Position numbers and translations under genes: made by a program. A stretch of 64,000 bases of DNA from Candidatus Latescibacterota bacterium. Lineage in GTDB: Bacteria; Latescibacterota; CBDEFO01. Within the stretch, counting starts at the first letter, position 1. Every line of letters starts with the position of its first letter. Where the stretch lies: positions 1 through 64,000 of the forward strand of contig CBDEFO010000004.1 in assembly GCA_965237525.1 (NCBI GenBank), given 5' to 3'. Positions 30,240 through 41,372 of this stretch are shown in pieces. The notes below the pieces were generated by a model, which saw only the letters and a list, made by a program, of their open reading frames with translations, made no database searches and was not told the DNA's origin.

Positions 30240-32051
30240 ATGGCTGATACTATACAGGGATGGAGAAGGAGTCATAATTGTGTGGAACTCAGAGCAGAGC
30301 ACATAGGAAAAGAGGTAATCCTTATGGGATGGGTGGCAAAGAGGAGAGACCACGGTGGAGTGATCTTTGTGGATTTAAGAGACAGGTGGGGCATAACACA
30401 GGTGGTCTTCAACCCTCAGAAGAGCCTGGACGTCCACAGGAAAGCGGAGGATTTAAGGAGCGAGTACGTGATTGCGATCAAGGGCGCGGTCGAACGGAGA
30501 CCCGAAGGGATGGAAAATCCCAAGCTGAAGACTGGACAGATAGATGTGGACTGCACGGAGCTAAGGATATTGAACGAGTCTGATACGCCGCCTTTTGCTA
30601 TTGAGCCACGTACGGATACAAATGAGGAGCTGAGGTTGAGGTACAGGTATTTGGACTTGAGGCGTCCGACAATGCAGTATAATCTGATCAAAAGGCATAA
30701 GGCCTATAGGGCGACCCGGGATTTCTTAGATAGCAAGGGTTTCGTGGAGATAGAGACGCCTTTTCTGATGAAGAGCACGCCCGAGGGAGCCAGAGATTAT
30801 CTTGTTCCCAGTAGAATCCACAAAGGGAGTTTTTACGCCCTGCCCCAATCTCCCCAGACCTACAAGCAGCTACTGATGGTGGCGGGATTTGACAGGTACT
30901 ATCAGATCGTAAAGTGCTTCAGAGATGAGGATTTAAGGGCGGATCGCCAGCCGGAGTTCACCCAGATAGATATTGAGATGTCGTTCGTGGAGGAGGAGGA
31001 CGTGATGTCGCTTGCCGAGGGGCTCACAACGAGCATATTCAGTGAGGTTCTGGGAGTCGAACTCGAGATGCCTTTTCCGAGGATGACTTACAAAGAGGCG
31101 ATGGAGAAGTACGGGACGGATCATCCCGATACCAGGTTTGGGCTCGAACTGATTGACGTGGGCCAGGCCGTGGAAGACTGCGCTTTCAGAGTCTTTAAAG
31201 GTGCTCTCGAGTCGGGAGGTGAAGTAAAGTGCATCAATGCGAGAGGCTGTGGGGGCTTCTCCAGGAAACAGGTGGACGATCTGATTGCCTTTGCAATCGA
31301 GTCGGGTGCCAAGGGCCTCGCATGGATGAAAATGGTTGATCCGGAAGGGCATCCCACGTTGGGGTTCGAGTCATCAATTGTCAAGTTTTTCAGAGAGGAT
31401 AACTTAAAGGGGATAGCCGAAGCCACGGGCGCGGAGGCGAGCGACCTTCTACTCTTTATTGCAGATAAGAAGGATGTGGTCGGCCCTGTGCTGGCGCAGA
31501 TAAGACTTCTGCTAGCTAGACGACTCAATCTGTTTGATGAGGGAAAATGGAACATTCTGTGGATCACAGAATTTCCGCTTGTGGAGTATAACAAGGAGGA
31601 GAAGAGGTTCGCGGCAATGCAGCATCCGTTCACGTCGCCGATGGAGAATGACGTGGACCTTATGGAGAAAGATCCGCTGAATGTCAGAGGAAGACAGTAC
31701 GATCTGGTGTTAAATGGCACTGAGATCGCCGGTGGGAGCATAAGGATCTCTCACAGGGAACTTCAAAACAGGATGTTTAAGCTCTTGGGGATCTCGGAGG
31801 GAGAAGCGAAGGAGAAGTTCGGATTTCTTCTGGACGCCTTCGAGTACGGTGCACCGCCGCACGGGGGGATAGCTTTCGGGTTCGACCGTCTGGTGGCCCT
31901 TTTGACAGGCAACAGGTCGATAAGGGAGGTAATAGCCTTCCCGAAGACAAACGCCGCTTTTTCTCTGGTGGATGGCTGTCCGACACCTATATCGGACGCA
32001 CAGTTGAAGGAGTTGGGATTGAAGCTGAGTTCACAGACCACAAATAAGTAA
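30240..32051 (+). CDS. aspS: Aspartate--tRNA ligase
   Basis: RRDHGGVIFVDLRD, LRYRYLDLRR, STPEGARDY, FRDEDLRADRQPEFTQID and PPHGGIAFGFDR. Confidence 0.97.
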   Translation: MADTIQGWRRSHNCVELRAEHIGKEVILMGWVAKRRDHGGVIFVDLRDRWGITQVVFNPQKSLDVHRKAEDLRSEYVIAIKGAVERRPEGMENPKLKTGQIDVDCTELRILNESDTPPFAIEPRTDTNEELRLRYRYLDLRRPTMQYNLIKRHKAYRATRDFLDSKGFVEIETPFLMKSTPEGARDYLVPSRIHKGSFYALPQSPQTYKQLLMVAGFDRYYQIVKCFRDEDLRADRQPEFTQIDIEMSFVEEEDVMSLAEGLTTSIFSEVLGVELEMPFPRMTYKEAMEKYGTDHPDTRFGLELIDVGQAVEDCAFRVFKGALESGGEVKCINARGCGGFSRKQVDDLIAFAIESGAKGLAWMKMVDPEGHPTLGFESSIVKFFREDNLKGIAEATGAEASDLLLFIADKKDVVGPVLAQIRLLLARRLNLFDEGKWNILWITEFPLVEYNKEEKRFAAMQHPFTSPMENDVDLMEKDPLNVRGRQYDLVLNGTEIAGGSIRISHRELQNRMFKLLGISEGEAKEKFGFLLDAFEYGAPPHGGIAFGFDRLVALLTGNRSIREVIAFPKTNAAFSLVDGCPTPISDAQLKELGLKLSSQTTNK

Positions 32052-32094
32052 ACAGCAAGCAGGGATAGGAGACGGTGCCCTGACTACGGTCCAC

Positions 32095-32751
32095 CTATTC
32101 TGCCGCCTCTCTTATCGCTTTTATATTACGGGGGGGACCACCCTCCCTTTTGAAGACGGAGGATCCGGCTACGAGTATGTCTACACCCACTTCTGTGACT
32201 TCTCTTGCATTTTCGACGCCGATCCCTCCGTCAACTTCTATCTCTGTGTCGAAGCCCTCCCGGTCGATCCAGGCTCTCAGTTGCTTTATCTTATCTACAG
32301 ATTCGGGGATGAAAGGCTGTCCTCCGAAGCCGGGTTCGACGGACATTATAAGGGCTAAGTCAATAGATGACAAAAAGGGACTGAGAGCCTCAGTCGGAGT
32401 CTTGGGGCTTATCGCCACACCTGCGGATAGTCCACTGTCTTTAATGCGCTTGATTAAGCCTTGTACATCTCCTGAGATCTCGGCGTGGACGGTTATGGAA
32501 TCTGAGCCTGCGTCTATAAATCTCTCTAAATAGCGTCCGGGGTCAGTTATCATCAAATGAACGTCGAGTTTAAGATCAGTAAGGTTTCCGATCGTCTCGA
32601 CGACCATAGAGCCGAAGCTTATGTTGTCCACAAAGTGTCCGTCCATTACGTCCAGATGGATCAGGTCCGCGCCTGCCTCTTCGACGGCCTTGACCTCTTC
32701 TGTCAAACGGGAAAAATCTGCAGATAGAAACGATGGAGCTATCTTGACCAT
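32095..32751 (-). CDS. rpe: Ribulose-phosphate 3-epimerase
   Basis: IAPSFLSADF, HLDVMDGHFV, MSVEPGFGGQ and EVDGGI. Confidence 0.97.
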   Translation of the reverse strand: MVKIAPSFLSADFSRLTEEVKAVEEAGADLIHLDVMDGHFVDNISFGSMVVETIGNLTDLKLDVHLMITDPGRYLERFIDAGSDSITVHAEISGDVQGLIKRIKDSGLSAGVAISPKTPTEALSPFLSSIDLALIMSVEPGFGGQPFIPESVDKIKQLRAWIDREGFDTEIEVDGGIGVENAREVTEVGVDILVAGSSVFKREGGPPRNIKAIREAAE

Positions 32752-33153
32752 GGGTGCCTCCCGAATCTGTGGTGATCACGGTAATAATATATCCGACAGA
32801 CGCATCAATGTCAATCAAAAAGGGATCAGTTGTTTTTGATTCGGACAAATAAGTTACATTTTTCCCGAGCTTACTCAGGTCTTTGGTGATAAGAATCCAG
32901 ACTGCTTCTCCCCGATCCGCCCCCGATAGATTCAATCGGGGGTAGACTCAATCGGGGCGCTGGCCATGACAGTTCAGAGGACAGGAAAGGACGAAACGGA
33001 AAGGTCATTGCGAGGGGTTCACCCCCAGGCAATCTGGTGGGAGGTGCCCCTGCTGGTGGATCTGTTAACTCCACCCCTACTGTCTACTCTATTTATCTAT
33101 CCTTGAAGCCATTTTAGATGTGGAACGCCCACTGCGAAAGGAGATGAAACGCC

Positions 33154-33999
33154 ATGCCACCTGTAGAATTAGAAGATGAATTTGGAGATATAGTATCGAA
33201 AGCCCGTTTCGGAACGGAAATATCCGCGCTCCAAATATCAGAAAGGACCGGGATCTCATCTACAGAACTCGACCAAATAGAGGGTTACGCCTACGTTCCT
33301 CCCCACGATAAGATAAGACTCCTTGCAGATGTCCTCGGCCTCCATCCCGACAAACTCATCGACTCTGCGCATAAAGCCTGGGTACCCGAGAATCCCCAAG
33401 GTAAAGATACCTCCGGTGTGAGAGTCAAAATGCTGCCTGTCGGCGCCGGCCTTATAGCTAATTGCTACATACTCGGCTGCACAGAGACGAAAATGGGGGC
33501 TTTGATAGATCCCGGAGCTGAGGCTTACAGGATCATCACCGAAGTCGAATCATCAGGTTTGGATTTCCAATACATCCTGCTGACCCACGGACACGGCGAC
33601 CACGTGGGAGCCTTAAAAGCTGCAAAGGATCATCTGAAGGTTCCCGCTCTCATACACAAAAAAGAGTTAGGGCCCGTATCCTCACGGGACATTGACGATA
33701 CAATAGAGGAAGGGGACCACGTTCAAATAGGCAACCTGGCCGTATCGGTAAAGCTCACAGCAGGTCATACTAAAGGAGGCGTTTCTTTCGTCACAGTGGG
33801 AAACTCCTTTACAGGTGATGCGCTATTTGCCGGTTCGATGGGTGGAGCAAGAGGAGGTTGGCCCGGAGCCTACCATGACCAGATCAACTCGGTAAAGGAC
33901 AAGATCCTCTCGCTTTCAGATGAGACGAATCTGTTCTGCGGACACGGACCAGCCACGACAGTCGGGGAGGAAAAGGCACATAATCCCTTCTTTTTATAA
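33154..33999 (+). CDS. MBL-fold metallo-hydrolase with N-terminal HTH
   Basis: THGHGDH, GHT.G, TGDALF, GHGP.TTVGEEK.HNPF; XRE-like N-terminus. Confidence 0.85.
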   Translation: MPPVELEDEFGDIVSKARFGTEISALQISERTGISSTELDQIEGYAYVPPHDKIRLLADVLGLHPDKLIDSAHKAWVPENPQGKDTSGVRVKMLPVGAGLIANCYILGCTETKMGALIDPGAEAYRIITEVESSGLDFQYILLTHGHGDHVGALKAAKDHLKVPALIHKKELGPVSSRDIDDTIEEGDHVQIGNLAVSVKLTAGHTKGGVSFVTVGNSFTGDALFAGSMGGARGGWPGAYHDQINSVKDKILSLSDETNLFCGHGPATTVGEEKAHNPFFL

Positions 34000-34017
34000 G
34001 ATACACGAAGCACATAG

Positions 34018-34737
34018 TTAGAAAGAGCTATTGTCCCTTTCCTCTTCCCACAGACTCTTGGTATCCTGTGGAGCATCTTTGCATAGATCGCTCAAGGGGA
34101 TGTCGTAGCGGATGCGGTTGTTGGAAAAGCCCAGTCCTCCTACGACAAATTCGATGTATTCCGTATCCTCTAAGATATTGTGTTCCTTCTTGCCCTTTTG
34201 GTACTCTGTATGGAAAACTAAAGGGATGACAGCAGATCTTTGATCTGAATCCACCTTCTCCATGGGCGGTCTGGCTATCTTGCATGGGACGAAGTTGCTC
34301 CTGTCGTTTTCGACAAATATGTATTTTGACAGATCTTCGGGCAGAGAAATTGCTGCCGGAGCCTGCGACAGAGAATCACCCGTAAACTTTACCGTGAGTA
34401 TCGCGATAAGCTTTTTCTCCTTTTGCGTCTTTTGCGTCTTCTTTTTTATTTCTTCTCTTATCTCTTGTCTGCTGTGTCCCTCCTTACTCATCTTGGCGTA
34501 GACTTTGGCGGCTGTAAGTTCCTCAGTCAGCGGGATAACAGTTATAACAACGTTGCCTTCAAAGACAGATTTTTCGGATATTATCTGGCGGAGTTTAGAG
34601 CTGTAATAACTTTCTGCCCGCAGTGCTTTAGAAGTTGAAACAATAAGGATCATCAGAAAAAATATCGCACAACTTCTCAATTCTTTTCGCCTGCCTTTCT
34701 TATAGGGAAATATAGCGTTAGAGGGAGAAAAACACAA
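34018..34737 (-). CDS. Hypothetical exported protein
   Basis: 239-aa ORF with a hydrophobic signal-like segment; true start uncertain. Confidence 0.55.
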   Translation of the reverse strand: MCFSPSNAIFPYKKGRRKELRSCAIFFLMILIVSTSKALRAESYYSSKLRQIISEKSVFEGNVVITVIPLTEELTAAKVYAKMSKEGHSRQEIREEIKKKTQKTQKEKKLIAILTVKFTGDSLSQAPAAISLPEDLSKYIFVENDRSNFVPCKIARPPMEKVDSDQRSAVIPLVFHTEYQKGKKEHNILEDTEYIEFVVGGLGFSNNRIRYDIPLSDLCKDAPQDTKSLWEEERDNSSF

Positions 34738-34849
34738 GAAAGTAGTGGGGTTCTTGGTAAGACTGAATCTATCGGGAATTTTCTTTATCAGCGGGAGAAT
34801 ATCATTTTATAGCACACAACACTTAATAAGAAATTAAAACAAAAAAAAC

Positions 34850-34878
34850 TTGCACTTTAGGAAGATTCTTTGTATAAT
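34850..34878 (+). promoter_or_regulatory. Sigma70-like promoter
   Basis: TTGCAC-17 bp-TATAAT upstream of the XRE gene. Confidence 0.6.
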
Positions 34879-34926
34879 GAGCGTAGGGAGGGGATTCTGA
34901 AGTTAGCTTAACCCCTAATCTATACG

Positions 34927-35136
34927 GTGGTGATAACGGTGACTGTAGGAGAGAACGTCAGAAAGCACCGAAAGATGCGCGGCCTTAAGCAATATGAGTT
35001 GGCCAAGAAAGTGGGAGTCCACAGGTCGGCAGTCTCGAAGTGGGAGAGTTCCGACCATAGCTTCACTGTGAGCACTCTCAGGAGAATAGCCACGGCGCTG
35101 AATGTATCTGTGGTGGATCTGGTTTCTGATAACTGA
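34927..35136 (+). CDS. XRE-family HTH regulator
   Basis: VRKHRKMRGLKQYELAKKVGVHRSAVSKWE..LRRIATALNVSV. Confidence 0.85.
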   Translation: MVITVTVGENVRKHRKMRGLKQYELAKKVGVHRSAVSKWESSDHSFTVSTLRRIATALNVSVVDLVSDN

Positions 35137-35147
35137 TTCAGACCTAA

Positions 35148-36666
35148 AAGCCTTGTGAAAAACCCTTAGATTCAGAAAGTAGTATAGAACAAGCATTGAT
35201 AAAGCAGTTCCGATGTATTATATTATGTTATTGATAATATTATACATGGAGGAAACAATGACCCCACAAAAGCAGGAACAGACAAATCCGATGTTTCACT
35301 ATTTTCAGATGGAGGATTTAGTTCCCGAGGATCATATCCTTCGTCAGATTGATGAGGCAGTTGATTTTTCATTTGTACGAGACGTTGTATCAGATTGTTA
35401 TTGCCCTGACAATGGCAGACCCGGTATTGATCCTGAATTAGTTGTTCGAATGATCCTTATTGGCTATCTGTATAATTTGAGTGAGAATCGGCTCTGTCAG
35501 GAAGTGGGGATGCATGCGGCATATCGGTTGTTTTGTCATCAGACATTTGATGATGCGGTTCCGGATAGGAGCACGATCAACAAGCTTCGCAATCACAAGT
35601 GGGCATCCAGTGGGTTGTTTGAACGGATAATGCGTCAGGTAGTCCAGTGTTGCATAGATGTCGGTGTTGTGAGCGGTAAACACCTTAGTGTCGACGGCAC
35701 TCAGATACAAGCTGATGCTTCAGTGAAAAGTATTGAGCCGATAGAACCCCCTGTTTCTCTTGATGATTATCTCAAGGGAATCGGTTTTGAAGGTGATAAG
35801 ACAAAGGGTAGGTCCGGGCATCCTCAGGATAAAGACTTTCATGGTGAAAAGTGGACGAACCAAACACACCGTTCGACTACAGACCCCGACGCGCGCTTAT
35901 ACAGCAAATCGAAGGGCAAAGGGGCTTTTCTCTCGTTTATGGGCCATGATCTGATCGACACAAAAAGCAGAGTAATCCTTGAGACTCAGGGCACGCAGGC
36001 GACAGGGACAGCAGAGCCCGAAAGTGCCCTTAAGATGGTAGATGACCTTGAAACATACACCATGCCCAAAGACATTCAGACACTTAGTGCCGATACCGGT
36101 TACGGTTCTGGTAATTTTATCGCTGATGTACTTGACCGGGGAATCATACCCCATATTCCTCTGCGAGCCGATGAGAAGATTGAACCGATTCCTACATGGA
36201 AAAACAAGACAAATTCAGCACATATTCAGGCCGAACGGGATAGAAAAGTGCGAGAGGCGAAAGCCAGAAATCATGCACGGTCTATCTCATTAACAGCTGA
36301 CTACAAACTCTCCCGGAGACTCCGTAAACGCAGTGAACATATCTTTGCTGAAGCCAGGCAACAACACGGTATGGGACGAGCCCGTTATAGAGGACCAGCC
36401 TCACTGAATGAACAGTTGAATCTTGTTGCAACAGTACAGAATCTCAAGAGGCTTGTATCTTTCATAAGAAGGGGGAAAGCGTCTATGTGTGCCCTGTCTG
36501 TCAAAGACAGTGCATCCTGTTCTTCAAACAGCTCCTATTCCTTGCTGACCAGAACTCTGATAAGACTATTTTGCTTATTCCACAGCAAAACGATACGATA
36601 TGCTACTCTTTGACCCATAATCGGCGCTTCAGACGCTGCCTGGGACATAACTATTTCACAAGGCTT
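35148..36666 (+). mobile_element. IS1182-family IS, copy 1 (transposase 35213-36613), flanked by CTAA duplication
   Basis: Terminal IR AAGCCTTGTGAAA; transposase motifs LVPEDHILR..GRPGIDP..VDGT..TTDPDA..ADTGY..EHIFAE. Confidence 0.9.
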
Positions 36667-36937
36667 CTAAATATCAATAACTTTACTATGCCGAACCATT
36701 CAGCCTACATTCTGACCGAAAAGACGTGTAAAACGCCTGTTAAGTGAAAATACTTTTGTTCTGTCTCTACAAACAGATATAATTATCGCGAGCGTGACGG
36801 ATAAGACAAGTACACGCACCAAATGGAAATAGCAACTATTAGCAGTGAAAGCAACGGACTTGAGCCTGATCAGTTTCATAAGAGTAGGGAAACCTTAAAA
36901 AGGTAAAGAGAAGTTCTTCAAATTTGGGGGAGAACAC

Positions 36938-38809
36938 ATGAACACTACCAAAGCCTTAGAATTTGCGCTTACCAGAACAGCAGCAGTGACGTGGACTATC
37001 TTTCAGACCTTCAATAGAATTAAGCCTGGTAATCCTGTTCAGCCAAAGTGGGCACCCCAGCCCCTTATGAAGAGCAAGGAACGTTCCAGACCCAAATTAG
37101 GTTGGCCAAGAGAGACGGACTCTCTCTGTCCCAAGTGCGTCAAAGAGGTAAGGGAAAAGATACTCTCCGGCGAGGAGGACTTGAGCCTCCTGACTGAAGG
37201 GCACCCCGGAGAGATCAAAGCTAGTATCCTCCAAAAGGACGGCAAGATAGTAATGGAGAAGACCTGTCCTAAGCACGGGCTCTTCACGGACACAATATCC
37301 ATAGACCCCAAATTCTTCGATCGCATCGAAAGGCTCTATCCAGGCAGGGACTTCAAAGCGATCACAGATACCCTTCACAACCATGGCACATCCTCCATCC
37401 AGTACGGCAGAGGCTCTGTCCTTACCGTTGACCTGACCAACCGCTGCAATATGATGTGCGATCCCTGCTTTATGGACGCAAACCAGGTCGGCTACGTCCA
37501 CGAACTGACGTTTGATGAGATAAAAAAGATATTAGACGACTCACTTACTATTAAGCCCAAAAGGCAAATGTCCATCCAGTTCTCAGGCGGGGAACCCACC
37601 ATCTCGCCCATTTTCCTGGAATCAGTAGCCTACGCCGAAGAGATAGGCTACTTCAGCATACAGGCTGCTACAAACGGAATACGCTTTGCACAGGAGCCAG
37701 GATTTGCCGAGAAGGCCAGAGATGCGGGATTGAGGATCGCCTACCTCCAGTTCGACGGCGTGGGAAACAAGAACCACGCCCACAGAAAAATCAGCAATCT
37801 TTTCGACGTTAAATTAAGGGCAATCGAAAACCTTTACAAAGCTGGAATAGATGTCGTGCTGGTGGTTACTATAGTCAACACGATCAACGACGACCAGGTC
37901 GGACCTGTTATAGACTTTGCAGTCGAAAACGCCAACAAGATCAGCTTTATCGCCTTTCAGCCAGTATCTTTCACGGGAAGAGACGAAGACATCACAGACG
38001 AACTGAGAGAAAGACAAAGATACACGCTGTCTCACCTTGCGCACGACGCCAAGACGCAGACAGGCATCACCGAGCCCTTGAGGGACTGGTTCCCCATCTC
38101 AGCCGCAGGAGCAATTGCAGATCTGACAGACCTAATAAAAGGAGCGGGATCAGACTGGGGCACGATGAAGTGCGGATGCCATCCCAACTGCGGTATCTCG
38201 ACCGCTCTTCTGGTCAACAAGAATACAAAAGAGTGGGCCCCGCTCCCCCAGGTCATAAACGTCGAACGCTTCTTTGAAGACATAAAAGTCATGACCGACA
38301 CAAACAGAGGCCCGGCGCTAACCAAATTCCAGATTGCCCTTTCACTTCTGAGAAACTACAACCCCGACAAAGCGCCCGGAAATTTCAAACTCAGAGACCT
38401 GCTGAAGAAGTTTGACAAACAGAGTGGGGGGTCACTTGGGGGCAAGCTCGGAGGAGAAGACAACGAAAACAGAAAAGAGGACGAGTGGCTAATCCTCTTC
38501 ATCGCCGGAATGTGGTTTCAGGACCTCTTCACCTACGACTTCCGCCGCACAGAGATGTGCATTATCCCCTACGCCACGCAGATGGGAGAAATTTCCTTCT
38601 GCGCTTACAACACCGGCGTTGGGTGGAGGCAGATAATCGAGAAGATGTTCATGAACGCCACCACGCGCGACTGGTTCAAGGAAAAGGGCAGACATCCGGT
38701 CTACGCCAACATGAGGGATGTACCCCTGCCCGAATATGATTCTCCTATAACTAGCGCAGTCCCTACTGACAAAGACAGCCTCCTTCAAATTGAGATACCT
38801 AAACGTTAA
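36938..38809 (+). CDS. Radical SAM protein, Tes/MJ0619 (GDGT-MAS)-like family
   Basis: N-terminal SLCPKC..KTCPKHG, DLTNRCNMMCDPCF, SGGEPT, CGCHPNCG and FQD..D.RR..MC..SFCAYN. Confidence 0.8.
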   Translation: MNTTKALEFALTRTAAVTWTIFQTFNRIKPGNPVQPKWAPQPLMKSKERSRPKLGWPRETDSLCPKCVKEVREKILSGEEDLSLLTEGHPGEIKASILQKDGKIVMEKTCPKHGLFTDTISIDPKFFDRIERLYPGRDFKAITDTLHNHGTSSIQYGRGSVLTVDLTNRCNMMCDPCFMDANQVGYVHELTFDEIKKILDDSLTIKPKRQMSIQFSGGEPTISPIFLESVAYAEEIGYFSIQAATNGIRFAQEPGFAEKARDAGLRIAYLQFDGVGNKNHAHRKISNLFDVKLRAIENLYKAGIDVVLVVTIVNTINDDQVGPVIDFAVENANKISFIAFQPVSFTGRDEDITDELRERQRYTLSHLAHDAKTQTGITEPLRDWFPISAAGAIADLTDLIKGAGSDWGTMKCGCHPNCGISTALLVNKNTKEWAPLPQVINVERFFEDIKVMTDTNRGPALTKFQIALSLLRNYNPDKAPGNFKLRDLLKKFDKQSGGSLGGKLGGEDNENRKEDEWLILFIAGMWFQDLFTYDFRRTEMCIIPYATQMGEISFCAYNTGVGWRQIIEKMFMNATTRDWFKEKGRHPVYANMRDVPLPEYDSPITSAVPTDKDSLLQIEIPKR

Positions 38810-39017
38810 CCTGAACTCGAACTGGAGGAAGCTATCGCTTGAATTAAGAATCTGTCAAGGGGCTCGGCACGACTCGACTTAAGGCGCGTGGCGCGCGGGT
38901 CCCCAGCAGATATACGAATAACGGCGATGCAGACTATGTGAGGTCTTACAGCCGTGGAGTATGACATAGATTCAAAAATAGCTACATAACTTCGGAAGTT
39001 TTTTTGTCTCGTATTAG

Positions 39018-40536
39018 AAGCCTTGTGAAATAGTTATGTCCCAGGCAGCGTCTGAAGCGCCGATTATGGGTCAAAGAGTAGCATATCGTATCGTTTTGCT
39101 GTGGAATAAGCAAAATAGTCTTATCAGAGTTCTGGTCAGCAAGGAACAGGAGCTGTTTGAAGAACAGGATGCACTGTCTTTGACAGACAGGGCACACATA
39201 GACGCTTTCCCCCTTCTTATGAAAGATACAAGCCTCTTGAGATTCTGTACTGTTGCAACAAGATTCAACTGTTCATTCAGTGAGGCTGGTCCTCTGTAAC
39301 GGGCTCGTCCCATACCGTGTTGTTGCCTGGCTTCAGCAAAGATATGTTCACTGCGTTTACGGAGTCTCCGGGAGAGTTTGTAGTCAGCTGTTAATGAGAT
39401 AGACCGTGCATGATTTCTGGCTTTCGCCTCTCGCACTTTTCTATCCCGTTCGGCCTGAATATGTGCTGGATTTGTCTTGTTTTTCCATGTAGGAATCGGT
39501 TCAATCTTCTCATCGGCTCGCAGAGGAATATGGGGTATGATTCCCCGGTCAAGTACATCAGCGATAAAATTACCAGAACCGTAACCGGTATCGGCACTAA
39601 GTGTCTGAATGTCTTTGGGCATGGTGTATGTTTCAAGGTCATCTACCATCTTAAGGGCACTTTCGGGCTCTGCTGTCCCTGTCGCCTGCGTGCCCTGAGT
39701 CTCAAGGATTACTCTGCTTTTTGTGTCGATCAGATCATGGCCCATAAACGAGAGAAAAGCCCCTTTGCCCTTCGATTTGCTGTATAAGCGCGCGTCGGGG
39801 TCTGTAGTCGAACGGTGTGTTTGGTTCGTCCACTTTTCACCATGAAAGTCTTTATCCTGAGGATGCCCGGACCTACCCTTTGTCTTATCACCTTCAAAAC
39901 CGATTCCCTTGAGATAATCATCAAGAGAAACAGGGGGTTCTATCGGCTCAATACTTTTCACTGAAGCATCAGCTTGTATCTGAGTGCCGTCGACACTAAG
40001 GTGTTTACCGCTCACAAGACCGACATCTATGCAACACTGGACTACCTGACGCATTATCCGTTCAAACAACCCACTGGATGCCCACTTGTGATTGCGAAGC
40101 TTGTTGATCGTGCTCCTATCCGGAACCGCATCATCAAATGTCTGATGACAAAACAACCGATATGCCGCATGCATCCCCACTTCCTGACAGAGCCGATTCT
40201 CACTCAAATTATACAGATAGCCAATAAGGATCATTCGAACAACTAATTCAGGATCAATACCGGGTCTGCCATTGTCAGGGCAATAACAATCTGATACAAC
40301 GTCTCGTACAAATGAAAAATCAACTGCCTCATCAATCTGACGAAGGATATGATCCTCGGGAACTAAATCCTCCATCTGAAAATAGTGAAACATCGGATTT
40401 GTCTGTTCCTGCTTTTGTGGGGTCATTGTTTCCTCCATGTATAATATTATCAATAACATAATATAATACATCGGAGCTGCTTTATCAATGCTTGTTTTAT
40501 ACTATTTTCTGAATCTAAGGGTTTTTCACAAGGCTT
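39018..40536 (-). mobile_element. IS1182-family IS, copy 2 (transposase 39071-40471)
   Basis: Near-identical to copy 1 with the same IRs; flanks TTAG / TTAA. Confidence 0.9.
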
Positions 40537-40760
40537 TTAAAGTGCGGAAACTATCGTTCTTTATCCACAATTTTCAGGATGCAGATGATCTTGACCTTGA
40601 GAGGATAGAGATGTGTTCTTTCCACTGCGCCACTTCCGATGGGTCTGTCTCTATGTGTCTTCACAATGCCAAAAGGGACGATTTCATATTGCCCCATGTA
40701 GAACCGATGTCGAGAAACACAGGAGGAGAACGATGGCAAAGTACAGAGTTGGGATTGTAG
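40537..40760 (+). pseudogene. C-terminal remnant of a radical SAM protein, cut by the IS
   Basis: KVRKLSFFIHNFQDADDLDLERIEMCSFHCAT..SMCLHN resembles the C-terminal FQD..C..C segment of 36938-38809. Confidence 0.55.
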
Positions 40761-40918
40761 GTTGCACAGGCATTGCGGCACGCAGGAGAGAAGACGGTCT
40801 TAATCTCCCGTTAGGAGAAGAGATGCCTGGTTCTCACGCCGCGGCGCATGCTATTGAGCCTTCCACCCAGGTTGTGGCAGTATGCGATATTCTGCAAAGA
40901 CAGGAAATACGAGGGTAG
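40733..40918 (+). pseudogene. Gfo/Idh/MocA oxidoreductase N-terminal fragment
   Basis: AGGAGG RBS; MAKYRVGIVGCTGIA..HAAA..VVAVCDI followed by a premature stop. Confidence 0.6.
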
Positions 40919-40934
40919 ATTTGCCCCTTCGAGG

Positions 40935-41225
40935 CTAACCGGCTATCGCTTGTACCCTTGTGGCAAACTCGAAATCGTTCTGGCTGATCCCGTCCACGTC
41001 GTGGGTGACAAGATCTATCGTTACTCTATTGTAGACATTGAACCACTCCGGATGATGGTTCAGGGATTCTGCCACAAGTGCGACACTTGCCATAAACCCG
41101 AACGCCTCTACGAACGACCCGAACTGGAAGGTCTTGTGGAGCTTTCCCTCGACGATCTCCCAGCCCTCAAGACCTGATAACTGTTCCTCTATCTCTTTAT
41201 CGGTGAGTTTTTCTAACTTTGGCAT
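40935..41225 (-). CDS. phhB: Pterin-4-alpha-carbinolamine dehydratase
   Basis: FQFGSFVEAFGFM..NHHPEWFNVYNRVTIDLVTHDVDGISQND. Confidence 0.9.
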   Translation of the reverse strand: MPKLEKLTDKEIEEQLSGLEGWEIVEGKLHKTFQFGSFVEAFGFMASVALVAESLNHHPEWFNVYNRVTIDLVTHDVDGISQNDFEFATRVQAIAG

Positions 41226-41372
41226 CTGCAACCTCCTCGGTTTTGTCCTGCGAGTCTCTATCTGTATGCACAATTATAACAAAGTCCCACGCGAAGCTCA
41301 AGAGTGAATTTTGCGGATTCTCCATTTTGCGTTTACACAATGTATTTATGCAATTCTGTATGAAACGGCTAT

